Source of the DNA: an uncultured delta proteobacterium | GTDB taxonomy: Bacteria > Desulfobacterota > Binatia > UBA9968 | Length of the DNA: 64,000 bases | Reading direction: 5' to 3' | Assembly: GCA_963816145.1 (NCBI GenBank) | Contig: CAWFJP010000030.1 | Span: forward strand, 128,001-192,000 | In this document: in pieces, positions 8,215-20,585 of the stretch | How the letters are laid out: every line of letters starts with the position of its first letter | Position numbering within the stretch: the stretch's first letter is position 1 | Program-made: the position numbers and the translations under genes | The notes under the pieces: model-generated | What the model was told of the DNA's origin: nothing | The model's database searches: none | What the model saw: only the letters and a program-made list of their open reading frames with translations

Positions 8215-11200
8215 TCAGAGTGGCGCTTGTAAAATGTCGAGCATGCCCCGAATCGGTGCGTCTACCCAATCCGGTCGACTATTGAGCTCATAGGTCAACT
8301 CGTAAATCGCCTTTTGCAGGGTACATAGGTCGAGCAATATCTTGACCTCGTCGTTAGAGGCCGGCAGGAAGCCGCCGCAATTCGCGGACTTCAGATAGCT
8401 GTCGAGAAAACTTGTCGATACCCAATGAACCCAGAATTGTGCCCATGCCACCAAGCCAGGCCGGTCCTCTGGACGGTATTCGCCGGTTTTTAGAGCAAAG
8501 ATCGCCGCGTAATCGATCGACCGCAGCATTGCCGCGACGTCCACCAATGCCGAGCGTTTGGCGCGCCGCTCGGCAAGCGGCCGCGCCGGCTCTCCCTCGA
8601 AATCGATGATGACGAAATCTTTACCGGTATAAAGCAATTGGCCCAGGTGGTAATCGCCATGGCAACGGATCCGCATGGCCGTGATTTTTCTGTCCACCGC
8701 ATCGCGAAAACGCTCGATAATCGTATTTTTCAATGGCAAAAGCATGAGCGCCCCTGCGCGCGTTTCTTCGGGCAGACTCGTTAAGCGCTCGCCGAGCAGT
8801 GTCAAAGCGCGATCTGTTGCGGCGCGCAAACTTTGATAAAGTGACCGTCGATAGAAGTGGGTAAAGGGCTCAGGGGCAAAATCGGGATCTTGGTGGTCCG
8901 ATGCGAGCGCTATGTGTAGCTCGCCGGTGCGCTGACCTAAGAGACTTGCCGATGCGAGAAACGGGCCGATCATTTCTCGGGCCAGGGGGGGGACTTCTTG
9001 GCTCCGATTATCCAATACAGGGGCGCTCGCCCAGCTCAGTTCGTCGGGCTTGGCGCTGCTCGCTACGCAAACTTCAAAATAATCAGTGAGATGGTCGAGC
9101 GTGTAGTTCCACGCGTCACCTTCGTTGCTCACCCAGGCTTGCAAGATCCCGACGGTAGCGATTCCATTAGAGTTTTTGCGAAATTCCAGACTTCCAGCCA
9201 GAGGAGGAGTGTTCCGATAAGCGGTTCGTTCCGTGATGAAGCGCCCGATTTCGAGATCGGGATTGACCCCTTGGTACAATCGGCGAAAGATTTTCAAGAT
9301 AAAGCGCTCGCCATATCTGATCGAAGTGTTGCTCTGCTCCTTGTTCGTCAGTGCGGGTTCCAATTTCGAATCCGATCGCTCCTTGAGACTACGAAAGCAT
9401 TTCGACGGAACGGCCAGGATCTCCGACGACTGACCTCGGAAAGTGCGACGCCGAGACACCGCGTCGAGCAGCGCGTCGGCAAAGCGGCGGTCAAATGCGG
9501 CATCGTAAACTATTCCGTCGCCACCCGCCCCTGCCGCCGTCGCCTTGATTTGTGCGACGACTGCCTCGCTATGAAACTGGCACAGTTCAGCGGCCCGTTC
9601 ACCGGCGGCGAATGCCATCGGCACGAGATAAGTTTCCGGATCGCCGTCACTATAATTAAGTTCGACGGCGACAAAATAGGCCCGGGTGGAATCGAGCGGC
9701 ACGGCGATCGCTTCGACGATCTTGGCGGCGCGAATCTTTCGCGCCTTGCCGCCAAACCAGCGCCGGTTGTACAGATAGCGCGGCAAGATTTTTTCCAGCG
9801 CGGGAGTGGCGTTACCGTTGATGAGTTGATCCCAGACACCGGCGATTTCAATGACCGGCGCCTGCCCGTCCAGTAAAGTCCCGGCAGCACCCCGCGGGGT
9901 TTCCAGCTTGAACCAGTAAAAACCATGTGGACCCAGGGTGATGAAATAGGGCAGATCGCCGATCGGCGGAAACTCGGTTTGGCCGAAAAGCTCGACTGGA
10001 ACTTTCCCCTTAAAAGGCGAAAAATCGAGCTCCACGCACTGCACGAAACGAGACAAATTCGCCACCGTTAAAATAACCTCACTCTCCAGGCGGCGGATAA
10101 AAACCAGGACCCGGCGATTGTTGGGATTGAGAAATTCCGTCGTACCTCTACCGAAGGCGTGAAAGCGTTTACGCAATGTGATCAAACGTTTGGTCCACCA
10201 TAGGATCGAACTCAAGTTTTGCTGTTGCGCCTCGACGTTGACTGCCTCGTAATGGTTTTCCGGATCGATAATGATCGGCAGGAAAAGCCGTTGTGGATTC
10301 GCTTGCGAAAAGCCTGCGTTTCGGTCGGTGCTCCATTGCATGGGCGTGCGCACACCGTTGCGATCGCCAAGATAGATGTTGTCGCCCATGCCAATTTCGT
10401 CGCCGTAGTAGAGCACCGGGGTGCCGGCAAGAGAGAAAAGCAGCGCATTGAGCAGCTCGATTTTGCGCCGATTGTTGCCCAGCAGCGGCGCCAAGCGGCG
10501 GCGAATGCCGAGATTGAGCCGCGCCTTGGGATCGGTAGCGTAGACTTTGTACATATAGTCGCGGTCTTCATCGGTCACCATTTCGAGGGTGAGCTCGTCA
10601 TGGTTGCGCAAAAATAGCGTCCATTGGCAGTTGTCCGGAATCGCCGGCGTTTGATCGAGGATATCGACAATCGGAAAACGGTCCTCCATATGCAAAGCCA
10701 TAAAAATCCGCGGCATCACAGGAAAGTGAAATGCCATGTGGCATTCGTCACCGTCGCCGAAATAAGTGACGGCCTCTTCGGGCCACTGGTTCGCTTCAGC
10801 GAGCAGCATGCGATCGCGAAATGTTCGATCAACATGCCGGCGCAGTTCTTTTAAAAACAGGTGGGTCTCCGGTAGATTTTCACAGGTCGTGCCTTCGCGC
10901 TCGAATAAATACGGCACTGCGTCCAGCCGCAAACCGTCGACGCCCAATCCCAGCCAGAAATCGACGACATCGAAAAGCGCCTGTTTAAGCTCGGGATTAG
11001 CGAAATTTAAATCCGGCTGGTGGGTGTAAAAGCGATGCCAGTAATAAGCCTTGGCCACCGGATCCCAAGCCCAGTTGGACGTTTCGAAGTCCTTAAAAAT
11101 GATGCGCGCTTCCTGGTATTTGTCCTGGGTATCGCTCCAGACATAGAATTCACGCTCTTTGCTGCCCGGGGCGGCGCGCCGGGAACGCTGAAACCAAGGG

Positions 11201-11562
11201 TGCTGATCGGAGGTGTGATTGAGCACCAACTCGGTGATCACCCGCAGCCCGCGGCGGTGCGCTTCACGCATGAACAGTTTAAAATCCTTGAGCGTGCCAT
11301 AGTCCGGATGGATCTCGGTGTAGCCTGCGATATCGTAGCCGTCGTCGCGCAAAGGTGATGGATAAAAAGGCAAGAGCCAGAGCGCCGTGACGCCGAGATC
11401 GCTAAGATAGTCGAGCCTGCCGGTCAAACCCTTGAAATCGCCGATGCCGTCGGCGTTCCCGTCGGCGAACGCGCGCACGTGCAGCTCATAAATCACCGCG
11501 TCCTTGTACCAGAGCGGATTGTCGCCCAACGCAACCGTGGCCGTGTTTTTTTCCCGGTGCAT
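8215..11562 (-). CDS. treS: trehalose synthase TreS fused to maltokinase (Pep2/Mak)
   Basis: [34 protein letters not shown]; C-terminal [22 protein letters not shown]. Confidence 0.95.
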   Translation of the reverse strand: MHREKNTATVALGDNPLWYKDAVIYELHVRAFADGNADGIGDFKGLTGRLDYLSDLGVTALWLLPFYPSPLRDDGYDIAGYTEIHPDYGTLKDFKLFMREAHRRGLRVITELVLNHTSDQHPWFQRSRRAAPGSKEREFYVWSDTQDKYQEARIIFKDFETSNWAWDPVAKAYYWHRFYTHQPDLNFANPELKQALFDVVDFWLGLGVDGLRLDAVPYLFEREGTTCENLPETHLFLKELRRHVDRTFRDRMLLAEANQWPEEAVTYFGDGDECHMAFHFPVMPRIFMALHMEDRFPIVDILDQTPAIPDNCQWTLFLRNHDELTLEMVTDEDRDYMYKVYATDPKARLNLGIRRRLAPLLGNNRRKIELLNALLFSLAGTPVLYYGDEIGMGDNIYLGDRNGVRTPMQWSTDRNAGFSQANPQRLFLPIIIDPENHYEAVNVEAQQQNLSSILWWTKRLITLRKRFHAFGRGTTEFLNPNNRRVLVFIRRLESEVILTVANLSRFVQCVELDFSPFKGKVPVELFGQTEFPPIGDLPYFITLGPHGFYWFKLETPRGAAGTLLDGQAPVIEIAGVWDQLINGNATPALEKILPRYLYNRRWFGGKARKIRAAKIVEAIAVPLDSTRAYFVAVELNYSDGDPETYLVPMAFAAGERAAELCQFHSEAVVAQIKATAAGAGGDGIVYDAAFDRRFADALLDAVSRRRTFRGQSSEILAVPSKCFRSLKERSDSKLEPALTNKEQSNTSIRYGERFILKIFRRLYQGVNPDLEIGRFITERTAYRNTPPLAGSLEFRKNSNGIATVGILQAWVSNEGDAWNYTLDHLTDYFEVCVASSAKPDELSWASAPVLDNRSQEVPPLAREMIGPFLASASLLGQRTGELHIALASDHQDPDFAPEPFTHFYRRSLYQSLRAATDRALTLLGERLTSLPEETRAGALMLLPLKNTIIERFRDAVDRKITAMRIRCHGDYHLGQLLYTGKDFVIIDFEGEPARPLAERRAKRSALVDVAAMLRSIDYAAIFALKTGEYRPEDRPGLVAWAQFWVHWVSTSFLDSYLKSANCGGFLPASNDEVKILLDLCTLQKAIYELTYELNSRPDWVDAPIRGMLDILQAPL

Positions 11563-11567
11563 GATCC

Positions 11568-13577
11568 TCAGCTGAAATAGTCGAAGTCCTGCTCACGTCG
11601 CACGCGCCGGCGCAAGCGAAAAATATGAGCCGGACAGGAGCGTGGATCGAGCTCAATGTAATTGCTCGTCCCTTGCCAGAGAAAACGCGCGCCAGTCAGC
11701 TGATCATGCGCCTGATAAGATGCGTCGCCGCCGAAGCCCAAAGCCTCGAGGTCGAGGGAAAGCCAGCCGGATTGAACGTGATGCGGATCGAGGTTGACCG
11801 CGACAACAACAACATTCATGCGGTCGCCACTCTGTTTCGAGTAGCAAATGATCTGTTCGTTATCGATGTCGTGAAACGACAAACCTGAGTTACTTTGCAG
11901 CGCGGGGTTTTCCCGGCGAATCCGGTTCACCCGGGCGATGAACTCTTTCAGACTGTCGGCATTCCCGCTGTGCCAATTTTGGATCTGGTATTTTTCCGAG
12001 TCGAGATACTCCTCGCTGCCGGGCTCCCGTGCTCGGTCCACGCAGAGCTCGAAGGCCGGCCCGTAAACTCCGTAATTTGCCCCCAGCGTGGCCGCTAAAA
12101 CTAATCGCGTCATGAACGCCGGCCGGCCGCCAAACTGTAAATACTCGGTTAGGATATCCGGCGTGTTCGGCCACAGGCTCGGACGGAAATATTCGCGCAC
12201 CTCGGATTTGGTGAGCTCGCGAAAATACTGAATCAGCTCCCGTTTGGTGTTGCGCCAGGCGAAATAGGTATAGGATTGGCTGAAGCCCAGTTTCGCCAGA
12301 CGGTACATCACCTTGGGACGGGTAAACGCCTCGGCGAGAAAAATCGTCTCGGCATGATCCTTCTTTACTTCGGTGATCAACCATTGCCAAAACGGCAAGG
12401 GCTTGGTGTGCGGATTATCGACGCGAAATATGCGAATGCCCTGCTCGATCCAGAAATCCACCACACTCTTCAGTTCGTGCCATAATTCCTGCCACCCCTC
12501 GGTGGTGAAATCGAACGGGTAGATGTCTTGATATTTCTTTGGCGGATTTTCGGCAAATTGGATCGTCCGATCCGGGCGACGGCGGAACCACTCAAGATTT
12601 TGCGTTACGTACGGATGGTCGGGGCTGCATTGAAAAGCCAGATCGAGGGCGACCTCGATGCCGTATTCGTTCGCTTTCCTGACCAGTCGCTTGAAATCAT
12701 CGAGGGTGCCAAGCTCCGGGTGAATCGACTTGTGACCGCCTTCCTGAGCGCCGATCGCCCACGGGCTGCCCGGATCATCGGTACCGGCGTCGTTAGCATT
12801 GTTCTTTCCCCTGCGTTGAGTGTGCCCGATGGGATGAATTGGCGGTAGATAAAGAGTGTCAAAGCCCATCACCGCAATGTGCGGCAAGCAGCGTTCGCAA
12901 TCCGTGAAACTGCCATGACGCCCGGGTTCTGGCGAACAGGAGCGCGGAAACATTTCGTACCAGGAACTGAAACGAGCTTTGTCGCGCTCGACCACGACGA
13001 CCAACTCCTTGGCGTAACGGGTGGCGAAACGTCGCTCGGGATACTTTTCTAACAAACCGGCCAAATCACTGCAGAGCGCGCGCTTGAGTTTATCCGCCAA
13101 ACCAAGGTTTTTCGCCCGCAGCATCTGCGCGTATTCTCTAAGTTCCTTTACCTCGGTGCCGGCAGCCCGTTGGCTCGCCGCTTCGACAAGAATCGCGCCC
13201 GCTGCCAAATCCACCTCGGTGTGCTGCTCCACCTCGACTTTTTTCTGCAAGTCGCGGCGCCAGGATTTGAAAGGGTCGACGTAGGCCGTAAGAGTATACA
13301 TGTAGCGACCAAGCTCAGTAACAACGAAGGCGCCTCGCCAGCGGTCGTTGACGATAAGTTCCATTGGCGCTTGGCACCATTGGTCGTCCGGTTCACGGCG
13401 AAACATCAGCGCGCAGGAAATGACTTCGTGGCCGTCGCCAAAAACATCGGCCTCGACCGCCACTGTTTCACCCGGCGTGCGTTTGATGGGAAACAGGCCG
13501 CCGTCAATTTCCGGTTCGACACCCTCGATAACGACACGGCTTCTTCCTTGATCAAAAGTGCTCGAAACTTGCCGCAC
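11568..13577 (-). CDS. glgE: alpha-1,4-glucan:maltose-1-phosphate maltosyltransferase
   Basis: [45 protein letters not shown]; GTG at 13577 follows AGGAGG. Confidence 0.95.
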   Translation of the reverse strand: MRQVSSTFDQGRSRVVIEGVEPEIDGGLFPIKRTPGETVAVEADVFGDGHEVISCALMFRREPDDQWCQAPMELIVNDRWRGAFVVTELGRYMYTLTAYVDPFKSWRRDLQKKVEVEQHTEVDLAAGAILVEAASQRAAGTEVKELREYAQMLRAKNLGLADKLKRALCSDLAGLLEKYPERRFATRYAKELVVVVERDKARFSSWYEMFPRSCSPEPGRHGSFTDCERCLPHIAVMGFDTLYLPPIHPIGHTQRRGKNNANDAGTDDPGSPWAIGAQEGGHKSIHPELGTLDDFKRLVRKANEYGIEVALDLAFQCSPDHPYVTQNLEWFRRRPDRTIQFAENPPKKYQDIYPFDFTTEGWQELWHELKSVVDFWIEQGIRIFRVDNPHTKPLPFWQWLITEVKKDHAETIFLAEAFTRPKVMYRLAKLGFSQSYTYFAWRNTKRELIQYFRELTKSEVREYFRPSLWPNTPDILTEYLQFGGRPAFMTRLVLAATLGANYGVYGPAFELCVDRAREPGSEEYLDSEKYQIQNWHSGNADSLKEFIARVNRIRRENPALQSNSGLSFHDIDNEQIICYSKQSGDRMNVVVVAVNLDPHHVQSGWLSLDLEALGFGGDASYQAHDQLTGARFLWQGTSNYIELDPRSCPAHIFRLRRRVRREQDFDYFS

Positions 13578-16422
13578 TCGTGCGTTCCTCCTGAAGAACC
13601 GGTTCATCCATCGCACCGGTGCTGAAGAGCAGCGCGACGGGGAACTCTTTGAGCGCCACTTGTAACGGTAAAACTTTCCCCGTCCCGACGGCCAACGCTT
13701 CCGTGTGTCTACCGGTGACAATATTGACCCACTGAGCCGGCGCGTCCTTCGGCAGGTGAACCGCCGTGGAGCGCCAGAAAACGCCGCCCAGCGGCACGGC
13801 ACCGTTGAAAACCGCCGCACCGATCAGGCGCGGCGTCACAGCCACCGCCCAAGCTGATCCCGAGCGCCGGGCGAAGGCGCACACTCGATCGCCAAGTTCA
13901 CCCGAAACATCGAGCGGTAGATAGTCACCGTCGATCATGATCTCGGGGTACGCACGGCGAAAATTGTTTAGTTTATAGGTTAGGTAGAATTTGATCCGCC
14001 CGTCGTGCCAATTTTGACGCAAATCGCGCAGCAACTCCGGGCGGTCTTCTGTTTCGGAATGCTTGAGATTGTCAAGCAGCTGCGCTCGCTTAGCAAAATC
14101 AACTTGCCGCCGGTTGTCGGGATCGACGAAGCTTAAGTCCCACAGCTCGGTCCCTTGATAGAAATCCGCTACACCCGGAACCGTGATCTTAAGCAGAGTC
14201 TGGCCGAGTGAATTATACATGCCGCAGTGAGCAATCTTTTTTGCGACGGGCGCGAACTGGGAAAGAAACCGGTTGCTATCCGCGGGGACGAGCAGCGAGG
14301 TGACGAAATTGGTAAAAGCCTGTTCGTAAGCCAAGTCAGGCTTGAGCCATTCGGTGTGCATCTTAGCCTCGCGCACCGCTTTCACCAGATAGGCGCACAA
14401 GCGCGGTAAAAACTCCGTATGTCCAGTCTCCGAGACGGGATAGGATCCGATCAGTGTCTGATAAAGAAAATGCTCATCGTTGCGGTCCGGTGCCTCTTGG
14501 CCCTTAATTTTGATCTTCTTCCCGTGGTTAATTTTGCTCCAAGCCTTCAGACACTCATCCCACTGGTCCGGAATTTCGGAGAGCACGTTGATTCTTGCCC
14601 GCGCATCTTCGCCCCGTTTAGTGTCGTGGGTCGCAGTCGTGTTCATAGCATGGGGCCAACGCTCTTTACGCCGCTGGATAAAGTCATGAAACTCATCGAC
14701 GTCCACGCCGAATCGATCCGGATCGCCGCCCACTTCGTTTAGCGATAGGAGGCGGTTGTAAACATACATCGTGGTGTCTTCAAAACCTTTCGCCATGAGC
14801 GGACCGGTGAGCTGCTGGAAGCGCATTACAAAGTGGGTCCAACGGGCTTTTTCTTCCGCGCTCAAATGCGCGGCAAAATCGAGAAGCAAGAAGCGTTCGA
14901 TAAAATTCAGTTCAAGCAGCAAACCTGCGTTGGCTTCCTTGGCCCGCGCGATGGCGGTGCCGAGCTCGCAACGGTCCTGAGCGCTGAAACTGTCGGCGCT
15001 GACATAACTGCGGTAGACCGGGAAGAACGTCAGCACCTCCACCAACGCGCGTTTAAGGCCGTAGAGCGTGATGTCGGCAGCGTGACGGTTGCGGCTCGAC
15101 ACGCTTTTCAGAAGATAAGCCAGGCCCTCGATGTCGCCGGCCATATATTTGCCGATAATCAGCCGCTTTTTGTCGCTCATCAGCGCCGAGCAGGAGTCTT
15201 CCAAGCCGGTGAAACGGCTATAAATCTGGCTAAACCGACGGCGCTGTTGGCGCGCACAAAACATTCCGCTGACGAAGTTGAGAAATTCATAACCGGTGGT
15301 TCCTTCGATCGGCCATTGACCCGGCAGCTCCTCCTCGAAACCTAAAATTTTCTCAACGATCAAGTAGATTTCACCGGCCTCGCGCCGCAGTCTTTGGAGA
15401 TAACCGAGCGGATCGTAGAGACCGTCAACGTGATCGACTCTAAGGCCGGTGAACCGGCCCTCGCGCGCCAGCTTGACCGCGAGCGCGTGGGTGTGGCGAA
15501 ATACCTTTTCTTCCTCGACTCTAAGAGAAATCAACTCGTTGATGTTGAAAAATCTCCGGTAATCGAGCTCTTCGGCGGCGACTTTCCAAAACGACAGCCG
15601 ATACCATTGCTGCGCCAACAAGCTGTCGAGTAAATTGAAAGTCTCAGGCTTACCCGGTACGCCGTTGAAGCGATTGACGTTGCTGTCGATAAACTCCTGA
15701 ATCTCGCCGTTATGGCAGTAGAGTTCCCAGAGCATCTGTTTGATAAAGACGATTTGATCGGCCCGTTCGCCGCTTTCCTCTTTTGGTGCGATATTCTTAA
15801 GCGCGTACAGCACGCCGAGGAGCTTGATGAAATCAAGATCGCCGGCGCCGCACCTTTTGCGCAAGCGCGCCAGATTGTGCGTCAGGACATCGCCGTAGGA
15901 CTCGATGCTCAGCGGAAACCTCATCTCATGGTAGCGGATACCGATGCCGTTCTGGCCGAAGTAAAGCGAAATCTCTCCCTTCTCCAAACAATCGCCGTAG
16001 AATTCGCCGAGAAACGGCGCAAGAATCTTAGCTTTCAGGTTTTCGTAGGGGTGGTTCCAATCGATGTCGAAGTAATCCTTGAACCGCGATGCTTCGCCGT
16101 TTTCGAGGACATCCATGAGCATATGGTTTTGCCCGTCATAGGCCATATGGTTGGGCACGATGTCCTGCAACCAACCCAAGTCGTGGCGGCACGCTTGATC
16201 GATCAGCGACGCGAATTCTTGTTCGCTGCCGAGCTCGGGATTGAGACGGTTGGGATCGACGATATCGTAGCCATGCATGCTGCCGGAGCGCGCGTGAAAG
16301 ATCGGCGACGCGTAAATATCACTGACCCCTAGTTCGCGCAGATACGCGACCGCCGCCTCTGCGTCGGCAAAGCCGAACTCTCGGTTGAACTGCAACCGGT
16401 AGGTTGTCGCCGGAATTTTCAT
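13552..16422 (-). CDS. treY: malto-oligosyltrehalose synthase
   Basis: [54 protein letters not shown]-type motif. Confidence 0.95.
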   Translation of the reverse strand: MKIPATTYRLQFNREFGFADAEAAVAYLRELGVSDIYASPIFHARSGSMHGYDIVDPNRLNPELGSEQEFASLIDQACRHDLGWLQDIVPNHMAYDGQNHMLMDVLENGEASRFKDYFDIDWNHPYENLKAKILAPFLGEFYGDCLEKGEISLYFGQNGIGIRYHEMRFPLSIESYGDVLTHNLARLRKRCGAGDLDFIKLLGVLYALKNIAPKEESGERADQIVFIKQMLWELYCHNGEIQEFIDSNVNRFNGVPGKPETFNLLDSLLAQQWYRLSFWKVAAEELDYRRFFNINELISLRVEEEKVFRHTHALAVKLAREGRFTGLRVDHVDGLYDPLGYLQRLRREAGEIYLIVEKILGFEEELPGQWPIEGTTGYEFLNFVSGMFCARQQRRRFSQIYSRFTGLEDSCSALMSDKKRLIIGKYMAGDIEGLAYLLKSVSSRNRHAADITLYGLKRALVEVLTFFPVYRSYVSADSFSAQDRCELGTAIARAKEANAGLLLELNFIERFLLLDFAAHLSAEEKARWTHFVMRFQQLTGPLMAKGFEDTTMYVYNRLLSLNEVGGDPDRFGVDVDEFHDFIQRRKERWPHAMNTTATHDTKRGEDARARINVLSEIPDQWDECLKAWSKINHGKKIKIKGQEAPDRNDEHFLYQTLIGSYPVSETGHTEFLPRLCAYLVKAVREAKMHTEWLKPDLAYEQAFTNFVTSLLVPADSNRFLSQFAPVAKKIAHCGMYNSLGQTLLKITVPGVADFYQGTELWDLSFVDPDNRRQVDFAKRAQLLDNLKHSETEDRPELLRDLRQNWHDGRIKFYLTYKLNNFRRAYPEIMIDGDYLPLDVSGELGDRVCAFARRSGSAWAVAVTPRLIGAAVFNGAVPLGGVFWRSTAVHLPKDAPAQWVNIVTGRHTEALAVGTGKVLPLQVALKEFPVALLFSTGAMDEPVLQEERTSAASFEHF

Positions 16423-18629
16423 AGTAGTGTCCGCTCGGCTTCCATAGCGCGTAGGCTGCCGCGCGCCGCGAAGACGTCCTGTCGTTTATCTTCGCGGGCT
16501 TCGACATGCTTCGGTAGCCGCAGCAAGGCTAGGGACCGGGCATTGAGCTCGTAAACCTCACCGCCACGCATCTGCCGGGGCTTTTTCCGAATGGATTTTG
16601 GATCGTAGGTGTCGAGAATCGATTCCCAACGAACCTTGCGCCGGTGCGCGGGTAAGACGAAGGGAATCGTCTCGTGATGGGCGTTTAACAGAATCAGTAG
16701 TGTGTCGTCGACGATCGGATTGCCGCGTTCATCGGATTCTTCGATGGCGTCGCCCGCGAGGCGGAGCCCGAAACAACGGTTTTCCGCATCGTTCCATTCC
16801 TCATCGGTCATCTCTTTGCCGTCAGGCCGAAACCAAACTAGATCTTTGACTTCTGATCCACGAATCCGCCACCCTTGAAAAAAATGGCGCCGCCGCAGCA
16901 CCGGATGGGCATGCACCAACCGGATGAGATGGCTGGTAAATTCCAGCAGCTCCCGGCGCGTCCGATCGAGTTTCCAATCAATCCACGAAACTCCGTTGTC
17001 CTGGCAATAGGCGTTATTATTGCCCTTCTGAGTGCGCCCTATTTCATCGCCAGCCAATAGCATCGGCACGCCTTGAGACAACAGCAGCGTCGCGAGAAAA
17101 TTTCTTTTTTGCCTTTCGCGCAGCGCGAGCAACTGAATATCATCGGTCTCCCCTTCGGCGCCGCAATTCCAACTGAGATTTTCACTGTGGCCGTCGCGGT
17201 TTTCCTCGCCGTTGGCTTCATTATGCTTGTCGTTATAGCTGACCAAATCCTGCAGCGTGAAGCCGTCGTGGGCGGTGACAAAATTGATGCTGGCGTAGGG
17301 CAGCCGGCCGTTGTGGGCGTATAAGTCGCTCGATCCCGTAAGACGAAAGCCGAGCCCTGCAACTTGTCCACCGTCGCCTTTCCAAAAGCGCCGCACGGTG
17401 TCGCGGTACGTCGCATTCCATTCCGCCCATAGCACAGGAAAATTGCCGACCTGGTAGCCGCCTGGTCCCAGGTCCCAAGGCTCGGCAATCAGTTTCACTT
17501 GAGAGATCACCGGATCCTGCTGAATAATGTCGAAGAAGGCGCCCAAGCGGTCGACGTCGTGGAGCTCCCGCGCCAACGTCGCTGCTAGATCAAAACGAAA
17601 TCCATCAACGTGCATCTCCAACACCCAGTAGCGCAGGCTATCCATGATCATCTGAAGCACTCGCGGATGAGTCATATCTAGGGTATTGCCGCAACCGGTG
17701 TAGTCCATATAGTAACGCCGGTCATTCTCCACTAAGCGGTAGTAAGACGCGTTGTCGATACCGCGGAAGCACAGCGTCGGACCGAGGTGATTGCCCTCGC
17801 CGGTGTGGTTATAGACTACGTCCAAGATCACTTCGATGCCTTCGCGGTGCAACGCGCGCACCATGCTTTTGAACTCCGCCACTTGCTCGCCGGCGGTACC
17901 GCAGCAGGCATAGCGCGTCTCCGGCGCGAAGAAACCGATCGAGTTATAGCCCCAATAGTTGGTTAGACCGCTGTCTTCCAAATGCTTGTCCGCGACAAAT
18001 TGATGCACCGGCATCAACTCCACCGCGGTGATGCCGAGAGACTTGAGATAACTGATCACCGGCGGATGAGCGAGGGATGCGTAAGTGCCGCGTAATTCCG
18101 GCGGCACCGCCGGATGGCGCTTGGTGAAGCCTTTCACATGCAGTTCATAGATGATGGTCTTGTGCCAGGGTGTCGCCGGCGGCGTGTCGTTGCCCCAACT
18201 AAAGGCAGGGTCGATGACAACGCATTTCGCCGCTCCCGCCGCGCTATCCTTTCCGTCACGTGATAGATCCTGATCCGGATGGCCGACGGCATAACCGAAA
18301 AGATCGTCGCTCCACTGAACATCTCCGGTAAACGCTTTGGCGTACGGGTCCAAAAGTAATTTCGCCGCATTGAATCGATGGCCCTGACTCGGCTCGTAGG
18401 GGCCGTCAACGCGATAGCCATAAAACTGTCCCGGACGCGCTTCGGGAAGGTAGACATGCCAAACCTGATGGGTCTGTTCTTTCATTGTCACGCGCAATTC
18501 AGCGCCCTTCGTGTCGAACAAACAGAGCTCGACCTGGGTCGCGTTTTCGGAGAAAAGCGAAAAATTTACGCCGGCGCCGTCCCAGGTCGCGCCCAGCGGA
18601 TAAGGTTTTCCCGGCCAAATTTTCATCAT
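16419..18629 (-). CDS. glgX: glycogen debranching enzyme (isoamylase)
   Basis: [49 protein letters not shown]; start at MMKIW (18629 or 18626). Confidence 0.95.
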   Translation of the reverse strand: MMKIWPGKPYPLGATWDGAGVNFSLFSENATQVELCLFDTKGAELRVTMKEQTHQVWHVYLPEARPGQFYGYRVDGPYEPSQGHRFNAAKLLLDPYAKAFTGDVQWSDDLFGYAVGHPDQDLSRDGKDSAAGAAKCVVIDPAFSWGNDTPPATPWHKTIIYELHVKGFTKRHPAVPPELRGTYASLAHPPVISYLKSLGITAVELMPVHQFVADKHLEDSGLTNYWGYNSIGFFAPETRYACCGTAGEQVAEFKSMVRALHREGIEVILDVVYNHTGEGNHLGPTLCFRGIDNASYYRLVENDRRYYMDYTGCGNTLDMTHPRVLQMIMDSLRYWVLEMHVDGFRFDLAATLARELHDVDRLGAFFDIIQQDPVISQVKLIAEPWDLGPGGYQVGNFPVLWAEWNATYRDTVRRFWKGDGGQVAGLGFRLTGSSDLYAHNGRLPYASINFVTAHDGFTLQDLVSYNDKHNEANGEENRDGHSENLSWNCGAEGETDDIQLLALRERQKRNFLATLLLSQGVPMLLAGDEIGRTQKGNNNAYCQDNGVSWIDWKLDRTRRELLEFTSHLIRLVHAHPVLRRRHFFQGWRIRGSEVKDLVWFRPDGKEMTDEEWNDAENRCFGLRLAGDAIEESDERGNPIVDDTLLILLNAHHETIPFVLPAHRRKVRWESILDTYDPKSIRKKPRQMRGGEVYELNARSLALLRLPKHVEAREDKRQDVFAARGSLRAMEAERTLL

Positions 18630-18646
18630 CTTCCCTACAATCGGAA

Positions 18647-20585
18647 CTAAATTGGGCCCTGCCCTTCCTTGTCGCGGACGAATAGCGCGCACGATTTCGC
18701 CGCGAGCGTGAAACCATTTTCCCCTACGGTGTCGAACTCCTGTGGCGACAAGCTGCCCGCGCCGCGCCAGGTTTGATCCGCGGAATCGACGATCTTGCGC
18801 CAATGGCCGCGCAGAAGCGAAACCGTTACCGTCGCTGCCGCTTCGCCTAGATTCGCCATCAACAACGTCCTGTCATCCGCGCGCCAACGATGCACTGCCA
18901 GCACCCTATCGCTTTCAAAGCCAATCACGTCCAATTCGCTTTTCTCGGCGGTACCGAGAGTTGGAATTGTTTTTCTTAGTGCGATCAGTTGGCGATAATA
19001 TTTCAGGAGAACCATATGCTCACCGGCATTGCGCAGCTCATGATCGAGTTTGGCGCGCAAAAAATTTTTACCTTCCTGAGGATTGGGAACTTCGCCCTGC
19101 CATTGAAAGCCGGAAAACTCCGACTCGCGGCCGCGCCGAACTGCTTCGATCAGCCCGGTATCCGAGTGACTGACGAAATAGGGGAACGGCGACTTCTCGC
19201 CGTACTCTTCTCCCATGAAGAGCATGGGAATAAACGGCGAAAGAATGACCAGACCGGCGGCAAGTTTTAGGTCTTCGAAAGCCACGGTTTGGCTCAACCG
19301 GTCGCCAAGCATGCGGTTGCCCACCTGATCATGGTTCTGCGCAAACACGACGAAGCGTTCGGCCGGAATATCGCTCGAAGAGTTACCATGGCGGCGCCGG
19401 CGAAAGCGCGAATACTCCCCGGAATAGGCGAATCCGTCGCGGTAGGCTTTGACAAATTGAGCGAATCCGCCGTAGTCCTCGTAGTAGCCACTGTGCTCGC
19501 CGGTGAGAAGAGCACGAAGGCAGTGATGGAAGTCATCGTTCCATTGCGCGTCAAGGCCGTAACCACCCTGCTCGCGCGGGCGAATAAGGCGGGCATCGTT
19601 GTCGGCGCTTTCAGCGATCAGAAACATCTGCCTTTTGAGCCGCTCCGCGGTGCAATGAACTTGGCTGCTGAGATCTTCGAGAAAAGTTGTCGGTGCACGG
19701 TCGAGTATCGCGTGCACGGCATCTACGCGCAGCGCGTCGATGTGAAACTCCGTGAGCCAATACAAGGCGTTTTGAATGAAGTAAGTCCTAACTTCGTCGC
19801 TGAACGGGCCGTCGAAATTCAGCGCCGGTCCCCATGGGGTTTGATAGCGATCGGTAAAATAAGGACCGAAGTCGGCGAGATAATTTCCCTCCGGTCCGAG
19901 ATGGTTGTAGACGACGTCGAGAATGACCGCGAGCCCGCGCTGGTGACAGACATTGACGAGCTGTTTCAAGCCTGGCGGTCCGCCGTAAGAGTTTTGCACT
20001 GCAAACGGAAACACCCCGTCGTATCCCCAGTTGCGCCCGCCGGGGAACTGCGCTACCGGCATGAGTTCGATCGCCGTGACGCCAAGCTGGATCAGATATT
20101 CAAGGTAGGCAATGACTGCAGCGAAACTGCCCGTCGGCGTGAAAGTGCCGACGTGCAGCTCGTAAATGATGTAATCTTTAAGCGGCAGCCCGGACCAGCC
20201 CTTGTCGTCCCAACGAAACTTGCCGTCGACTACTTGCGACGGACCGTGAACACCGTCGGGCTGAAAACGCGACGCCGGGTCTGCGCGCTCGGTTTGCGGT
20301 TTCAATTGGTACAAATAAAGATCGCCGGGTTTAACTCCCTGCCACTTTCGCTTCGTGATAACCGCGCTCGGTTTCTTGCATCGGCACGATCCGATTGGTT
20401 CCGAGTAGCCGGACATTGAGCGGCGCCAGATTAGGTGCCCAGACTCGAAACTGGCAAATTGATCCGTCCAAGATGCTCGCTCCGAGCGCTTCTCCTTGGT
20501 CTTGCGTCAGGGTGTGCTCTGCCAATTCCCCGGCTGCCATCGCTGTCGCATCCACACATCTGTTGTTACGTCTCGATTTTGTCAT
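18647..20585 (-). CDS. treZ: malto-oligosyltrehalose trehalohydrolase, split by a 1-nt frameshift near 20338
   Basis: N-terminal FRVWAP segment is in one frame; [39 protein letters not shown] are in another; ATG 20585 overlaps the glgB stop. Confidence 0.9.

Noticed and set aside
13578-13820. N-terminal extensions in the ORF track (glgE; also glgX, HD protein, 50034-50747, 55026-56282)
   Set aside because: They overlap upstream genes or promoters; better RBS-backed starts lie downstream.
8998-20419. Long plus-strand ORFs (e.g. 8998-9876, 15712-16332, 19289-20419)
   Set aside because: Antisense shadows of well-supported GC-rich glg/tre genes, with no motifs or RBS.
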